DNA of 64,000 bases from Bigelowiella natans CCMP2755. Taxonomy: Eukaryota; Protista; Cercozoa. Below, piece by piece: positions 1 through 19,026 of the stretch. The first letter of the stretch is position 1; each line of letters opens with the position of its first letter. The stretch spans positions 65,633-129,632 of the forward strand of contig ADNK01001596.1 in the NCBI GenBank assembly GCA_000320545.1, written 5' to 3'. The position numbers were made by a program, and so were the translations under genes. The notes below the pieces were generated by a model that saw only the letters and a list, made by a program, of their open reading frames with translations, had not been told where the DNA came from and did not search any database.

Positions 1-593
1 TTGTCTCTGTGCCATGCTGGCAAGCAAGAAACGAGTTTGCACGATGAGAGCGACACAAACGTTCGATCTGATTTGGCGATCAGCACAGCTGACAGGCTAG
101 CTGCAACATTGCCGGCCATGTTCCAGAGCCATGGCACTCGCATCATCAATGAACAATGAACAATGAACAAAGCGTTGATCAAAAACTGCATGCGCCAGAA
201 CCACATGGGAGACAGGCATTTGCACGCAGCAGAGCCTCAACAACACTCGTTGCATCATCGATGCGCATCGCCACAGCATCATCAACCTGACTGAGTCCAG
301 AAGTCATTCCAGCATTGCTCGCGCTGCCATCTCTGCGATTCGCCGAGCACCTGATGCGAACGTGCATGTGGACTGGCAAAGACATCGGCGACGATTCCAA
401 TTCAGTGTTGTGCACATTCAACACATGAGATTTGCTAGCTTGAGCTAGCTGCAACAAATGGTCCTCATTAGCGGATGGTCATTAGCGTATGATCATCGCA
501 CAAAACTGCAATCATTGACCCCACGTGCACATCTGTAACATCACATTCATTCATTTCTGGTATTTTGTTGGACAGGATACATGCACTTCACAG

Positions 594-2882
594 TTATTCA
601 GTTTTTCCACCCAAGCCTTGTGTTTGTGGTGGAGAAGAGGCACTGGCTTGTGCGCTTTGGCTTTCAACTGGTGTCCCAGGTTCCAATTTTGGCACACGTT
701 GTATCTGCGAATTTTCGTTGACATCGGTCGACGAAATGGCGTCAACTTTCCTTTTTATGGAAGAAGGTTCGTTGCTGTTCGTCGGTGACGTTTTGACCGA
801 AATAGTTGAGGAAGAGGCACTGGCTTGTGCGCTTTGGCTTTCAACTGGTGTCCCAGGTTCCAATTTTGGCACACGTTGTATCTGCGAATTTTCTTTGACA
901 TCGGTCGACGAAATGGCGTCAACTTTCCTTTTTCTAGAAGAAGCTTCGTTGCTGTTCGTCGGTGACGTTTTGACCGAAATAGTTGAGGAAGAGGCACTGG
1001 CTTGTGCGCTTTGGCTTTCAGCTGGTGTCCCAGGTTCCAATTTTGGCAAACGTTGTATCTGCGAATTTTCGTTGGCATCGGTTGTCGAAATGGCGCTAAC
1101 TTTCCTTTTTCTGGAAGAAGCTTCGTTGCTGTTTGTCGGTGATTTTTTGACCGAAATAGTTGCCGTCTCTTTTCCATCGGAAATTTTCTCCCCTTCTGAG
1201 GGTTTATCCGGGTTTGTCGGTGGCATAGTAACTGATTTGTCATTTCCCTCATTTATCTTAGTATGTTTTTCCGAAGGAACTGAGGATTCAGATTGAGGAT
1301 GGCCGTTTCTGCCACTAGATCGGTGATTTGAATGACCTTTGTTGAGATGATGAACAGGCTTCGAAGTATTCTTACGTCGACGAGGATCGCATTCATCATG
1401 TAATTTCCTCTTGTAAGCGTTCTTTTCGCTCCGTGACATCTTTTTGTACCTTTCTATCTCTTCTGCACTTCTTTGAGACCACCTAAGCGACCAATTCTTT
1501 TCATGCTGCTCCTTAAGAGATTGCTCCTTTTTCAGGTGTTCCCGATTCTCTTTTTTCTCATTCCATTTTTTCTGGAGGAAACGATTTTTCTCCGCCTGGG
1601 ACATCGTTTTCATCTTCTCTTTCTCTTCTCGTGTGAGGGGAATTCCATCTTTGCCCATTACTAGATTTAGATAAAGTGTGTAAATTGTACGGATACATCA
1701 ACGAATATGTTTTAGGGATTATAATGTTATCTGACTTTTTTTCTCTGGGTTTTCATAGATCTTGAGCATCTCGCTTCCGGCGCCTTTTCGTAGGATGTTG
1801 CCGATTACTCCGGTTTTGCAGTGGGCAATTGAAAACATTAATGTAAGTACTACCTTCTAAGTGTGCCAAAGTGACTCCGTAATTCTGTGTGACATGAATA
1901 ACATATTATCAAAAGCACGATCAATGGATGAATCTATAGTTTCAGTCGAAAACATTGTTTCAATCTAATGAAAATGGAGTGCATGTTAATAATCTTTGAC
2001 ATAAGTTATTTTTAAGGGATTTATGCTACCGTGAACCATGGCGTCTCTGTCTCGAATCTCTTATCGAAATTGAATCTTTGATGCTTGAATGCTAGATACA
2101 AGGCTGCCAATGCAATTGTTTGTGATGGGTGGGTTAAACAGAGCTTTGATTTGATGCTGTCGTTGATGAAGTTCGAAGCCCACACCCCGATGTTCCTGAG
2201 GGTCTTGTCGGTCTTGATCTGGTCACCAAACATCTTTAGCATAACATTCTTCAATATTTTATGAGGTCTTTTCACAGTGAAATCAAATTCCAGTGCTTCC
2301 ATAAGTCGTTTCTCCGTCGATATTATCTTTGCCCTAAAATCCAGGAATTCCTAACCAAAATATCAGCCTGGGTTGATTGGCAATACCTTTCCCCGCACAA
2401 GTAGACACATTAATATCACACAGTACCGGTGAATTAGTTCTAGGCCGTCGCCGTCCCTTCCACAGAATGTAGTTGAAGAAGTCGAGAAGTCTATCTAGTT
2501 TCATTTTAGTTCCTTCTATCTTGTTTGCAAAGAACAAGCATGTGCATGCTACGACCTAATACGAAAAAGTAAGAGTAAAGAAAGATACGAGCCTTTGCAG
2601 TGCGGAAAAATGATAACATATAATTCAACAACCCGATTATCGAATTCCTTGTAAGAATATCTGGTGTAGAATCTTTGATAGTAGACTCCTCCAGCGTAAA
2701 CCGAGTGTGCAGATCTATTAAATCAATGTATGTTGGTAGGAAAATAAGGATTTCAAGCCCTTGAGAATAACTGCAATAAATTCTTATTTGACAATTAAAA
2801 AATTATTGCTCCTAAGTAACAGACCCGCGAAGATCCTTATCATTCACCAATGAAAAGGGTGTGGATGCAATTAAAAAACGTA

Positions 2883-2922
<40 letters not shown>

Positions 2923-2926
2923 GCGG

Positions 2927-2963
<37 letters not shown>

Positions 2964-3268
2964 CGTGTGCCTACTCTCAAAAGTCATATTTTTTTCGTAA
3001 CGATAAAATATTACATATTGGTTGCATAGGTTTTCTTTCCAGATGTGGATTTCTTCTGCATCTCAACCATCCGTGCGTTGATTTCATTCCCGGTAGCAGA
3101 GATCCATTCCACACCCTGTCTTCTATATGCTTCTTCCTGGCTAGGTGTTATTCCGTCTCGGCGGGATGGAGAGTCACTAAGCTCGCTCTTTGTCATCAGC
3201 CATTTTCTCTGGTCACTCGTACATCGTTCCCTTGGAGAAGACCTCTTCAGGGGTCCGTTCGGATTCAT
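594..3268 (-). CDS. Cyclin T/K-like transcriptional cyclin (multi-exon) with long disordered, repeat-containing C-terminal exon
   Basis: N-terminal 'W....ELSDSPSRRDGITPSQEEAYRRQG' and cyclin-box segments 'FFANKIE', 'TEKRLMEALEFDFTVKRPH', 'HPSQTIALAALYLA', 'PWF'. GT-AG splicing joins PWFT|NYGVTLAHLE|GAGSEMLKIYENPEKK|IMGKDG to the 594-1658 ORF. Confidence 0.82.
634..1161. repeat. Three tandem 177-bp coding repeats (59 aa each) in the cyclin C-terminal exon
   Basis: 'gaagaggcactggcttgtgcgc' recurs at 634, 811 and 988; copies are near-identical and in frame. Confidence 0.95.
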
Positions 3269-3803
3269 TATTTGCGGTTCTGAAGACAAGAAGTCCAAGA
3301 GCTAACGCCCAAGCGCACGCGCTCCTCAAACCGCGTTGATGAAAACCAACTTTATTCGTATGAACACCTTCTTAAAGCACTCGCGTTCAAGGGGAGAATG
3401 GCCCGTGCATGCATCTACTGCGGGTCCAACCTTATTAAGAGGGGCGCAACAAGGGATTCTGCTCCAACCTGAGAGAAACTGGACATAGAGACAACTTACT
3501 CTTCATGACGCAATAGTATACTTCCTGTCATTCGTTCTTTGCGACTTGAAGTATGGGGAGGCATCTCAGAGAAGCTCTGACGCGTCTCTGAGAAATCTCC
3601 CCGCCAAGCTCTTTCCTTTGGCCGACTTTGGAGCATTCAGCAAAAGGAAGGACAGGCGTCTCGTCAGCGGATATCATTACCCACCTGCCTCCTCGCCGCC
3701 TCTTGTTGTTCCATGCAGGTACTTGATCTCCTACTCTAGCCTTTTTTCAGAAGGGAGAGTGAGCATCGCTGCTAAAATACTCGCATTTCCATTCTAGTGA
3801 AAG

Positions 3804-10984
<7,181 letters not shown>

Positions 10985-12093
10985 ATGTGTAAGCGGAAAT
11001 AACTGATGCATAGCATGTCTTACAAGATTTTTGCGCGATGTAGAATAGGAAAACCAGAATGTTTCATGTATTGTAGTTGGTGTGGTGATCTGGACCTTGC
11101 CTGCCCGCATAGACTTCTTATTATTAGACCACAAGGGATGATATCTGTTTATAAAGAAATAAATCTTGTCATTCGTGCAGAAATGCAATGAGGGTTCATG
11201 CATTCCATCGCACTAGCTTGCGCGTGCCATGCTAGTGCGTCGTGCTGCACATGTATTTTAATGTTGTTGTTTTCTCATTCGTTTGCCAGTGTTTTTAGTT
11301 TACTAGCTTCCTGTTGTGCGCAGGGACTAGCTTGCGTGCCGCTTATTGTGCGAAGGGGCTGTCTCTCTCGAGATGATCAATCCTCTCTAGCGCTCATCAA
11401 ACGTTCATGCTCGTAGGTTTGCTACCTTGGGCTCTAGATGCACTGTCGTAGCCAGCATGTCGCGCTGATGTACGTGCATGTGTATTAGTGTGTGCGTGTG
11501 CGTGTGTGTGTGTGCGTGTGTGTGTGCGTGTGTGTGTGCGCGCGCGCGCATGTGTGTGCATGTGAGTGCGTGCTGCAGGCAAATTAAGTCGTACAGCTGT
11601 TTGCGATGATTGTGCGATTATTGACATTATGCACCCCACTCGTCAGTGTGGATGACACAATGAGCACTTGGCTAGCTAGCGCAAAGTTGCGCCCAAAAGC
11701 GACGTGTGCATGGCACTCTGCACGTTGTCACTACGTGCACGTACGTTGGAAAAAAACTGCGTGTGTTTTCATTTCGAAATCATGCCAGCATGCCCACGCT
11801 GGCGGGTCACGTAGTTTGCTTATTTCCGAAGTGCGACAAGCTGGACAACGACGAGGCGGCGGCGTCGTCATTCAATGATGACATGTGCATGCATGTGTCA
11901 GCCTGGTGGACAAACAGCAATATGATGTCTTCGATCGGCGACGCTGCAGAGGCAAGAAGCATTGGCTCTGCATGCCATGACGACGAGAGAGCAAAAATAA
12001 GGCACAGCAGCTCATTAGCACATTCTTCATCAATGGGTGGTGTCGAAAGTTGACATGCGATTGAATGTCGTTGCATGCGATTGAATGTCGTTT

Positions 12094-12474
12094 TCAAATG
12101 AAAGCTGTGGCATCATTTTTCTTGAGGTCATTCCGCCTGCGTCCGCCCCTCCTACCTCTCATTCTACTACTTCGTTGCCCCCAGAATTTTCCACGGAATC
12201 CTCTTCGAGAATTCCTATTTTTATTGCTACTCCCATTACTACTTTTCCCTTCTTGATGCAGAGTCTTTGTTATCTCCGGCAAGCGGAAAAACTCAACAGC
12301 ATTCTGCGTTGTTTCTGCCGCCAATTTCTCCACTGAGATGTCGTAGCACTCAGCCAAGGTTTGAGCTGTGATCCCGAGCGTGCATGGTTCGTTCCTACTC
12401 CTCTTGTACACCTTACCTAGGAGTTTAGATCATTGAATTTATTTATGATATATTTCTCCTAATATTTTCTTCCA

Positions 12475-12518
<44 letters not shown>

Positions 12519-13314
12519 GAGGCATCGTGTTGCGGTTGTTTCTCAACATTTCAATCGCTGTTTTGAACATCGGAAGACTACTACATTGTGGATGATCCGG
12601 ACACATGTACGGAGAGTCGGTTTCAATCATGAGCTGAGGGAGGGGCAACGCCTAAAATTTAGGTCGTGTGATTCGATAAAATCCTGAGAACATCGATAGA
12701 TGAAATAACCTTTCTTCTGACAGCTTCCCTTAGCCTTTCGCCTCTGGATTTCATCGCAATAAACCTGCAAGATGTTCATCACAGAAAAAAATACCAGGAA
12801 CATTCAGAATAAGTAAAAGGACAGCTCACAATTATCAGCTTGAAAGAGCATGTAGGTCGTACCCAGTGATGCCGATGTAGTAGCCTCTTGATACGTAGTA
12901 TCTGAGCTCCTCCTCTGAGCCAGTAAAGCAGTGCACGCATATCTTAAGAGACTGTTTTTTTTTCCCCTCCTCTCCATCATCAAATTCCTCCAGGATTTTA
13001 ACAAGGTCGTCATGGGCCTCTCTCTCATGAATGAACCTTTGGAAGAGCACACATGCCTCAGTCAGCAGCGTAGGTGTTGCCTACTATTCTCTGCTCGGTA
13101 CGCACATGGGTTTTCCCGTGTCGAGAGCTAGCGCGACATGGGCTCGGAAGCAGCGTTGTTGCTCCTCTTTCGTAGACCTCATTCGGTTGTAGTCAAGGCT
13201 GAGAATGATAACATGAAACAGCATGGGAGCAACCAATTACATGTTCGGCCGAGTACATATAGCCCTCTCTTTCTCCCTCTATACACACACGCACACACAC
13301 ACACGCACACACAC

Positions 13315-13364
<50 letters not shown>

Positions 13365-14112
13365 CGTGTGTGTGTGTGTGTGTGCGTGTGCGCGCGAGAG
13401 TATATGCGAGCTTCCTCCCTCCCTTTAATGTTGCTTGCTCATTTTTTGGCCTGTCTCACCCAGTTTCACCGATGCTGCAGGCAGACTCCGATGACAACAG
13501 CCTCCTCAGATCTCTCAAAGAATCTTTCCCAAAGCTCTTTGCATGGTGGGGGTGAATGCCTACAGTGGCACGTAGGAGCGCTGGGTACTTCTCAGCAATA
13601 GCAATTGCCGACCTGGAAATTGCCACGCTTGTTCCAGTGGCCTGTGTGCGCAATAGAGGAGTCAAATAGAAGCTGATCTACATTTCCAAGCGTTCATGGT
13701 TTGAGGGCCAACAGCAACGCTATGGGAGGGGAAGAGAGTTGCTACATCGGCTTACCAGCATGAAGCCCACGTTTGCTTCAATGGCCCTCTCAAACATCTC
13801 TTCCAATCTTGCAATTTCAGAGATATTGGCTAGGTTGGGCTTTCCTAGGTTGATACCGATGTCTACCAGCGGAGTTCCAGGCGAGATGAATGGCACTATT
13901 TTCTTCTTTTTCTTCTTCTTCTTCTTCTTCATCTTACTCTTGCTTTCACCCTCCTCATTCCCGAGTGCCACTTTTGATGGCGGAGATGCTGCAGAGAACG
14001 CTATGGAGGATATCGTATATCTACTCGAAGGCGCTGTCCTTGCAACTTCCTTTCGTGTCTCTACGTCTAGTAGTGCGCGATTACACACACACACACACAC
14101 ACAAACACACAA

Positions 14113-14170
<58 letters not shown>

Positions 14171-14345
14171 AAAGAGGTTGCCCTCCCTCATCCTTATATT
14201 CGTTGTTCTGGCTTACATATGTGAGAGGATTTTTCTGGGTATACATGCGTAAATCCAGGGACTAGTCCTGGAAGATTATCGGCTACATAGCGAGCTGCAA
14301 CGCTCCTGTCACAAACATCACAAATGTCACAAATATATTTATATA

Positions 14346-14391
<46 letters not shown>

Positions 14392-14708
14392 TTGCAGACT
14401 TTTTCTACCGGTGGCATCGTTTATGGCTGCCGCATCCACAGAGAAGAAAGACTGGAAAAAAAGAAGTAAAGGCTATGAGGCTCAGTGGCTTTTCAGTATA
14501 ATAGACAATGATACCATTGCGTTTTTGTTTCCGAAGTAAGTCGTCAAAGGTAGTCAAGCTCTCGGAGGGACTGAACGTTTGAAAAAGTGATGCAATACCG
14601 CCTCAGGCACCCCAAGGAGTGCATTAGCGGATAGATACCTTTTTAGTTGAATTTTCGACCCTCTTCCACCATAATTTACGTTGCCTGGCATTGTGTCACA
14701 GCCCTTCT

Positions 14709-14744
<36 letters not shown>

Positions 14745-15231
14745 CAGATACGGAGAAAGCAGCCCAAAAGATGCTGAACGTGTGAATGTATTACCCAGAC
14801 ACTCCAAATGCATGTAAGACTTGCGGCCTAAACGTTGGCCAAATAAACGCTTTGAAGATAGAACCTTCAAAAGAAAAAAACTCACCGATATACTCTTCCA
14901 GTTGGTCCTTACACCAGTGTTTTGTCCTGCTGTATGGCTTCAGACGAGTGTCGATTAGCATCGCACTGTCATGCTGTACCTGAGGAGAAAGTTGGCCACT
15001 GAGAGGACTAGCGCATACTAAGCTCAGATTTTGAGCGCACCAGAAGTTGCTTGATTTCTTCGGGATTCCATTGCGCGTAACCTGTGCAGTTTACGTTAAA
15101 TTTGGAGATTCGCCCGAAAAGAGGACAGGATTTTTACCAATAGTGTACAGCCCCCCTCGTCTCTCAGTGCTAGAGCTACTGCAGTTGCTGCTTGTCGTTT
15201 TGATATCGCTGTCGTTGCTGTGGGCGTCCAT
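12094..15231 (-). CDS. tatD: TatD-family deoxyribonuclease with N-terminal extension (multi-exon)
   Basis: Motifs 'LVDIGINL', 'ATVGIHPH', 'IGETG|LDY', 'HEREA', 'CVHCFTG', 'YIGITG', 'MIETDSPY', 'RNEP'. The 5' exons and start at 15231 are tentative. Confidence 0.88.
13282..13390. repeat. Intronic inverted microsatellite (CA)n-(TA)n-(TG)n
   Basis: CA arm and TG arm flank a TA tract; both arms carry mirrored GC interruptions. Confidence 0.9.
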
Positions 15232-15520
15232 TAGATAGAGAATAGACCACGTAGGAGGTAGGTCTACACGACTTGTAGCGATTTAAGGGGTCGGGGTCAA
15301 AGACCTGGTCTTCGGAGTTAAGAGCTGGGCAGCGTGCCTTTGGATCATTTCCGTGTTATTTTACCTAAATGAAATGGTTCCTACCAGGATGGTGGTGGAG
15401 ATATGACCTAGTCTTCGGAGTCGAGAAGACAGGTCTGGGATTGTTCAGGAGAGAGCTGCTTTTCCGTGAACTTTCCAGAAACTTTTGTTCGGGTCTTCCT
15501 GGAATAAATGTGACTATCAA

Positions 15521-16759
15521 ATGGTGAAAAATATGAACCAGGAATATCTACTAACACCTCACCCTACTGAACAACAACACAGCCAACAACCTGCTGCAGG
15601 TGTAGTTCGCAGGATCGTAATACCAGCGAGTGACTGCTGGTATATTTATTCAAGAAATGGCCTGTATTTTTGGAAGCAATAGCATGTACAGGGCTGGAAA
15701 TTCCAAAGAACGCCCTGCGCTTCTCTGACTACCTCCAAAATCGGGCCGAATACGGTGAAGATGGATCCGAGCACCGCATCGAATTGCGTGATTTGCTGTG
15801 CCCAATCATCCGATCCAGAGTACCACGTGCACTGTCGGTGTTGCCGACATATTCCTCGCCGCTATTTCTGGCACGAATTGGCTTCCGGATGCTGTTTCAG
15901 AAGGCGAATCCCCTCTCTTGGCTCTGTTCCACCTAGCCTGCAGCAACAAGTGAATGGGGTGATCGTGCCTCTTCCAACAACAAGCAGAATTCAACAGCAT
16001 CCTGGCCAGCGCTGCTAGTCTTCCCCCGTCGCAATGATCATTCGAATCCCTAGCGGCCATGACCTGTTGCGTTCCTCGAGCACGTCCGAATCACCGATGA
16101 TCGGGCGCACCGATACTCCCACATCATTCATCGATGGGGGAATACCTAATGTAAACCCCTTCTTCAGCGGGCGAGACATTCATCCTAGGTTTCGAAGGTA
16201 CAGTAAGAACTATGAAGTTCCCGAATTACTGGATGGATGGAACCCGTCATTTGCTTCCCTATGTGATGCCGGGGAGTCCCATTCAACAACGGCGATGATG
16301 GAGCAGGAGGACAACAAGGACTTCGACATGGACGCAATATCACCGACATTGGATAGCATACGCCAAGCTTCAAACAACTCAGAAAAACTGGCAACAAAGA
16401 ATGTGAACATGAAGCTGGAGGAACAGGATCTAAATAATGAACAGGAATGGATGCACGGAGAGAATGAAAACGGGCTGGTAATAAATGAAGCTAAAAGGCA
16501 GAAAAGAAGAACTTACCGGATTGCTGCATGTGGGCATGAAAATAATATTGGTCGGAAAACCTGCTGGTATCCTGGCTGTGGAGCGAAAATTAAGCCTAGC
16601 ATGACAATGGCAGCAATGGCGAAACGAGAATGGAGACGTCGCAAAAAGATGAAAGACAGGGGCTTCTTCACGGGTTCAAAAATGTCAAAAAACAAGAACT
16701 ATACAAGGGATGAAGCAGAGTTGCTTGCTCATTGCAAAAGAGTATATCGTTTACTTTAA
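15521..16759 (+). CDS. Hypothetical protein with Cys/His clusters (possible Zn-binding)
   Basis: Three same-frame ORFs (15485, 15755, 16034) joinable by short GT..TAG introns. Motifs 'CVICC..EYHVHCRCC' and 'ACGHENNIGRKTCWYPGCG', plus a basic NLS-like 'KREWRRRKKMK'. Start uncertain. Confidence 0.55.
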
Positions 16760-16858
16760 GATGAACAGAAAATAATCTGTAATGTACAAACAATAGAATT
16801 TCTTTTTAGTGTAGTAACTAATGAAGGGATCGTCGTCTTTGTGGCTCGATCAAGCAGA

Positions 16859-16897
<39 letters not shown>

Positions 16898-17355
16898 ATG
16901 ATTCAAATCGCTTATTTTATGTACAGAACTATTTTATAAATTAATTTATGATATTAGGGAAACGAATACGCTTTACTAGTTTATTAATGTTGTACTAAAT
17001 ATTATCGCACGCGCCTATCAATACTAGAATACATCGCAAGTCGCTGCTGCAATACCAATGCAGCTCTAGAGCTGATCATGTAGGCTGTCACCTACCTGCC
17101 TAATTTACATGGATGCATGCATCCATGATCGAGACATGGCGCGGGGCACAAGCAAAGGCCACGAGCATCGATCGGAGAGATGTGATTACAAACATCATGC
17201 AATGAACTTTTCGACATTGCTTGGTACACTATCCTAGGTACACGAATCGCGCTAGAGCCTAGATAGCTGCGCCGCGTCGCACCACTCTAGCTGACTGCTA
17301 CTGACTGCTTCTTGCATAGTCTAGATAGGCAATAGCTAGTTGTCGGCAGCGTTTA

Positions 17356-17399
17356 CGTTGAAAAGATTTAATCACTTCATTAGATCTACATCCGTCTCA
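17356..17399 (-). repeat. Copy of dispersed ~47-bp TGAGACGGATGTA... intergenic element (diverged)
   Basis: Reverse complement tgagacggatgtagatctaatgaagtgattaaatcttttcaacg resembles the copies at 21551, 21908, 26749 and 32176. Confidence 0.7.
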
Positions 17400-17667
17400 T
17401 GCATGCATGGATATAGTCCGTGCGCTCATGCTTCATGCTCATAGAAGTACGTACGTGAGCAGCTACAAATACGCACAGAGAATACTAACGCACAATTACA
17501 GCACTGTCCTTGCGGATCCTCCAAGCCAAAGCTTTAATTTCTCTACGGCTAAAATTTGAACTAGACTCCATAAACGCCAAACTAATTGGCGCCAATATCA
17601 TTGAACCCAATGACGTTAATTTCCCACACATAATTAATTTAAAGACATTCATTCAAATATCTGTTCA

Positions 17668-18580
17668 TCATCCATTCTCCATACAAGCACTAGACTCCCT
17701 GGTCTTGTTCTTCAAGCAAAGACCAGCGAGAACGTAAAGGGATGCTAATGTGGGCTCAGATTCATTCCTCAACATTTGATACGATTTCCCATTGAATCCG
17801 TCGAGTGAACCAAATGTTTTCAGCAGGATTTGCGACGTGCTGTTCTCGATGCCAATGCCCTTTTCGAGCATAAGGGAGTGCAAATCTTTCCCAACGTCTA
17901 TTTTCTGTCGCATTAATAAGCGACGAAGGATTATATTGTATGTCTCCGAAGAGGCTTGGAGTTTCCACTGATCCATGCGATTTAATACATCGACAGCATT
18001 CTCGAGTCGATTGGCGTTCACATAGGCCAGAAGAATGTCCATGTACATACACTGAGAAAGACATCGTTTCAGATATAAATCTTACTGTTATTTATTAGGA
18101 ACCGGTGGTTCAGATTCCAATAAACGAAAAGGAGGTAATATTGATGAATCGTGTGTATCTTTTTCAACCAATGGGTAGATTTTTCTACTTTCTCTCTCAT
18201 ACGATTAGAGAAGATGAGGGTAGTCATTATTTATCATTATTACTCTTGGTGATAGTAGCAGTGGGGTGATATGAATGGTGCCCTACCAGTGAAGGTTTCA
18301 GGTTTTGTTCGTGCAGCCGCATTAGGACACGTTCTGCCCCTTCGAAGTCGACCAACGACATGTTTCTTAATGGAAATTTCCATGAAGCAACCATTGGCAT
18401 CCGCAGGTAGCTTTTGATGAGAACGACGTAGTGCAGCCTTTTTGGATGCTGCAATCTCGAGAATCTTTCTTGCATCAAGGAGCAGTTTTGCCCCCTCCTC
18501 AGCATTTCCTTGAGTAGTGTTTCCCAGTCTTCATCCCTCAATTTGTTTGGATCTTCGTCCGCCCTGATAGTTGGTCGCAG

Positions 18581-18617
<37 letters not shown>

Positions 18618-18961
18618 GGATGTTTCAAGGTAAAACACTCCCTCGATGATAGCTAACAGCACAACATCACAAGAACTACTCACAGTGATTCTGCAACATA
18701 GTGCTTTCTGTATTCAATTCTGATGGAGCCCAGCCGCGGTATTCTTCTCATGAGACTGTAATCGTTCCTCCAGCTGTGCCGATTCCATATGCTGATCGTC
18801 GGGGATTTCTTCTTCATTGCCAGCGACACCCCAGTAATCTGATATCGTAGTAGGTCAATTGGATTGTGAGTAGATGCAAGTGTATTTTGTCGCGAGGAGG
18901 ATGCGGTTTTGCCTTTACTATCTGATAACTTGGTAAGAACTCCACGCACACACGACTCTCT

Positions 18962-19026
<65 letters not shown>

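Noticed and set aside
97-457. Short ORFs in the first spacer (and similar ones at 11006-12053, 26233-26535, 53305-53752, 61655-61996)
   Set aside because: No recognisable motifs or splice structure; they lie in the palindrome-rich convergent spacers.
634-1161. CRISPR-like or mobile repeat array
   Set aside because: Units are contiguous, in-frame coding repeats without unique spacers, in a eukaryotic context.
565-1296. 243-aa + strand ORF with repeats
   Set aside because: Antisense shadow of the 177-bp repeat in the cyclin exon.
15485-16759. Possible UAG reassignment/readthrough: same-frame ORFs separated only by TAG (15680, 16016); similar in-frame TAGs upstream of the SAM-pLGIC gene
   Set aside because: The TAGs at 15680 and 16016 can be intron acceptors (e.g. 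GT 15950..TAG 16018), and those upstream of SAM-pLGIC may be acceptor or 5' UTR sequence. Long conserved exons (PEX3-like, sirtuin, pLGIC, CUL3) contain no in-frame TAG, so the standard code suffices.
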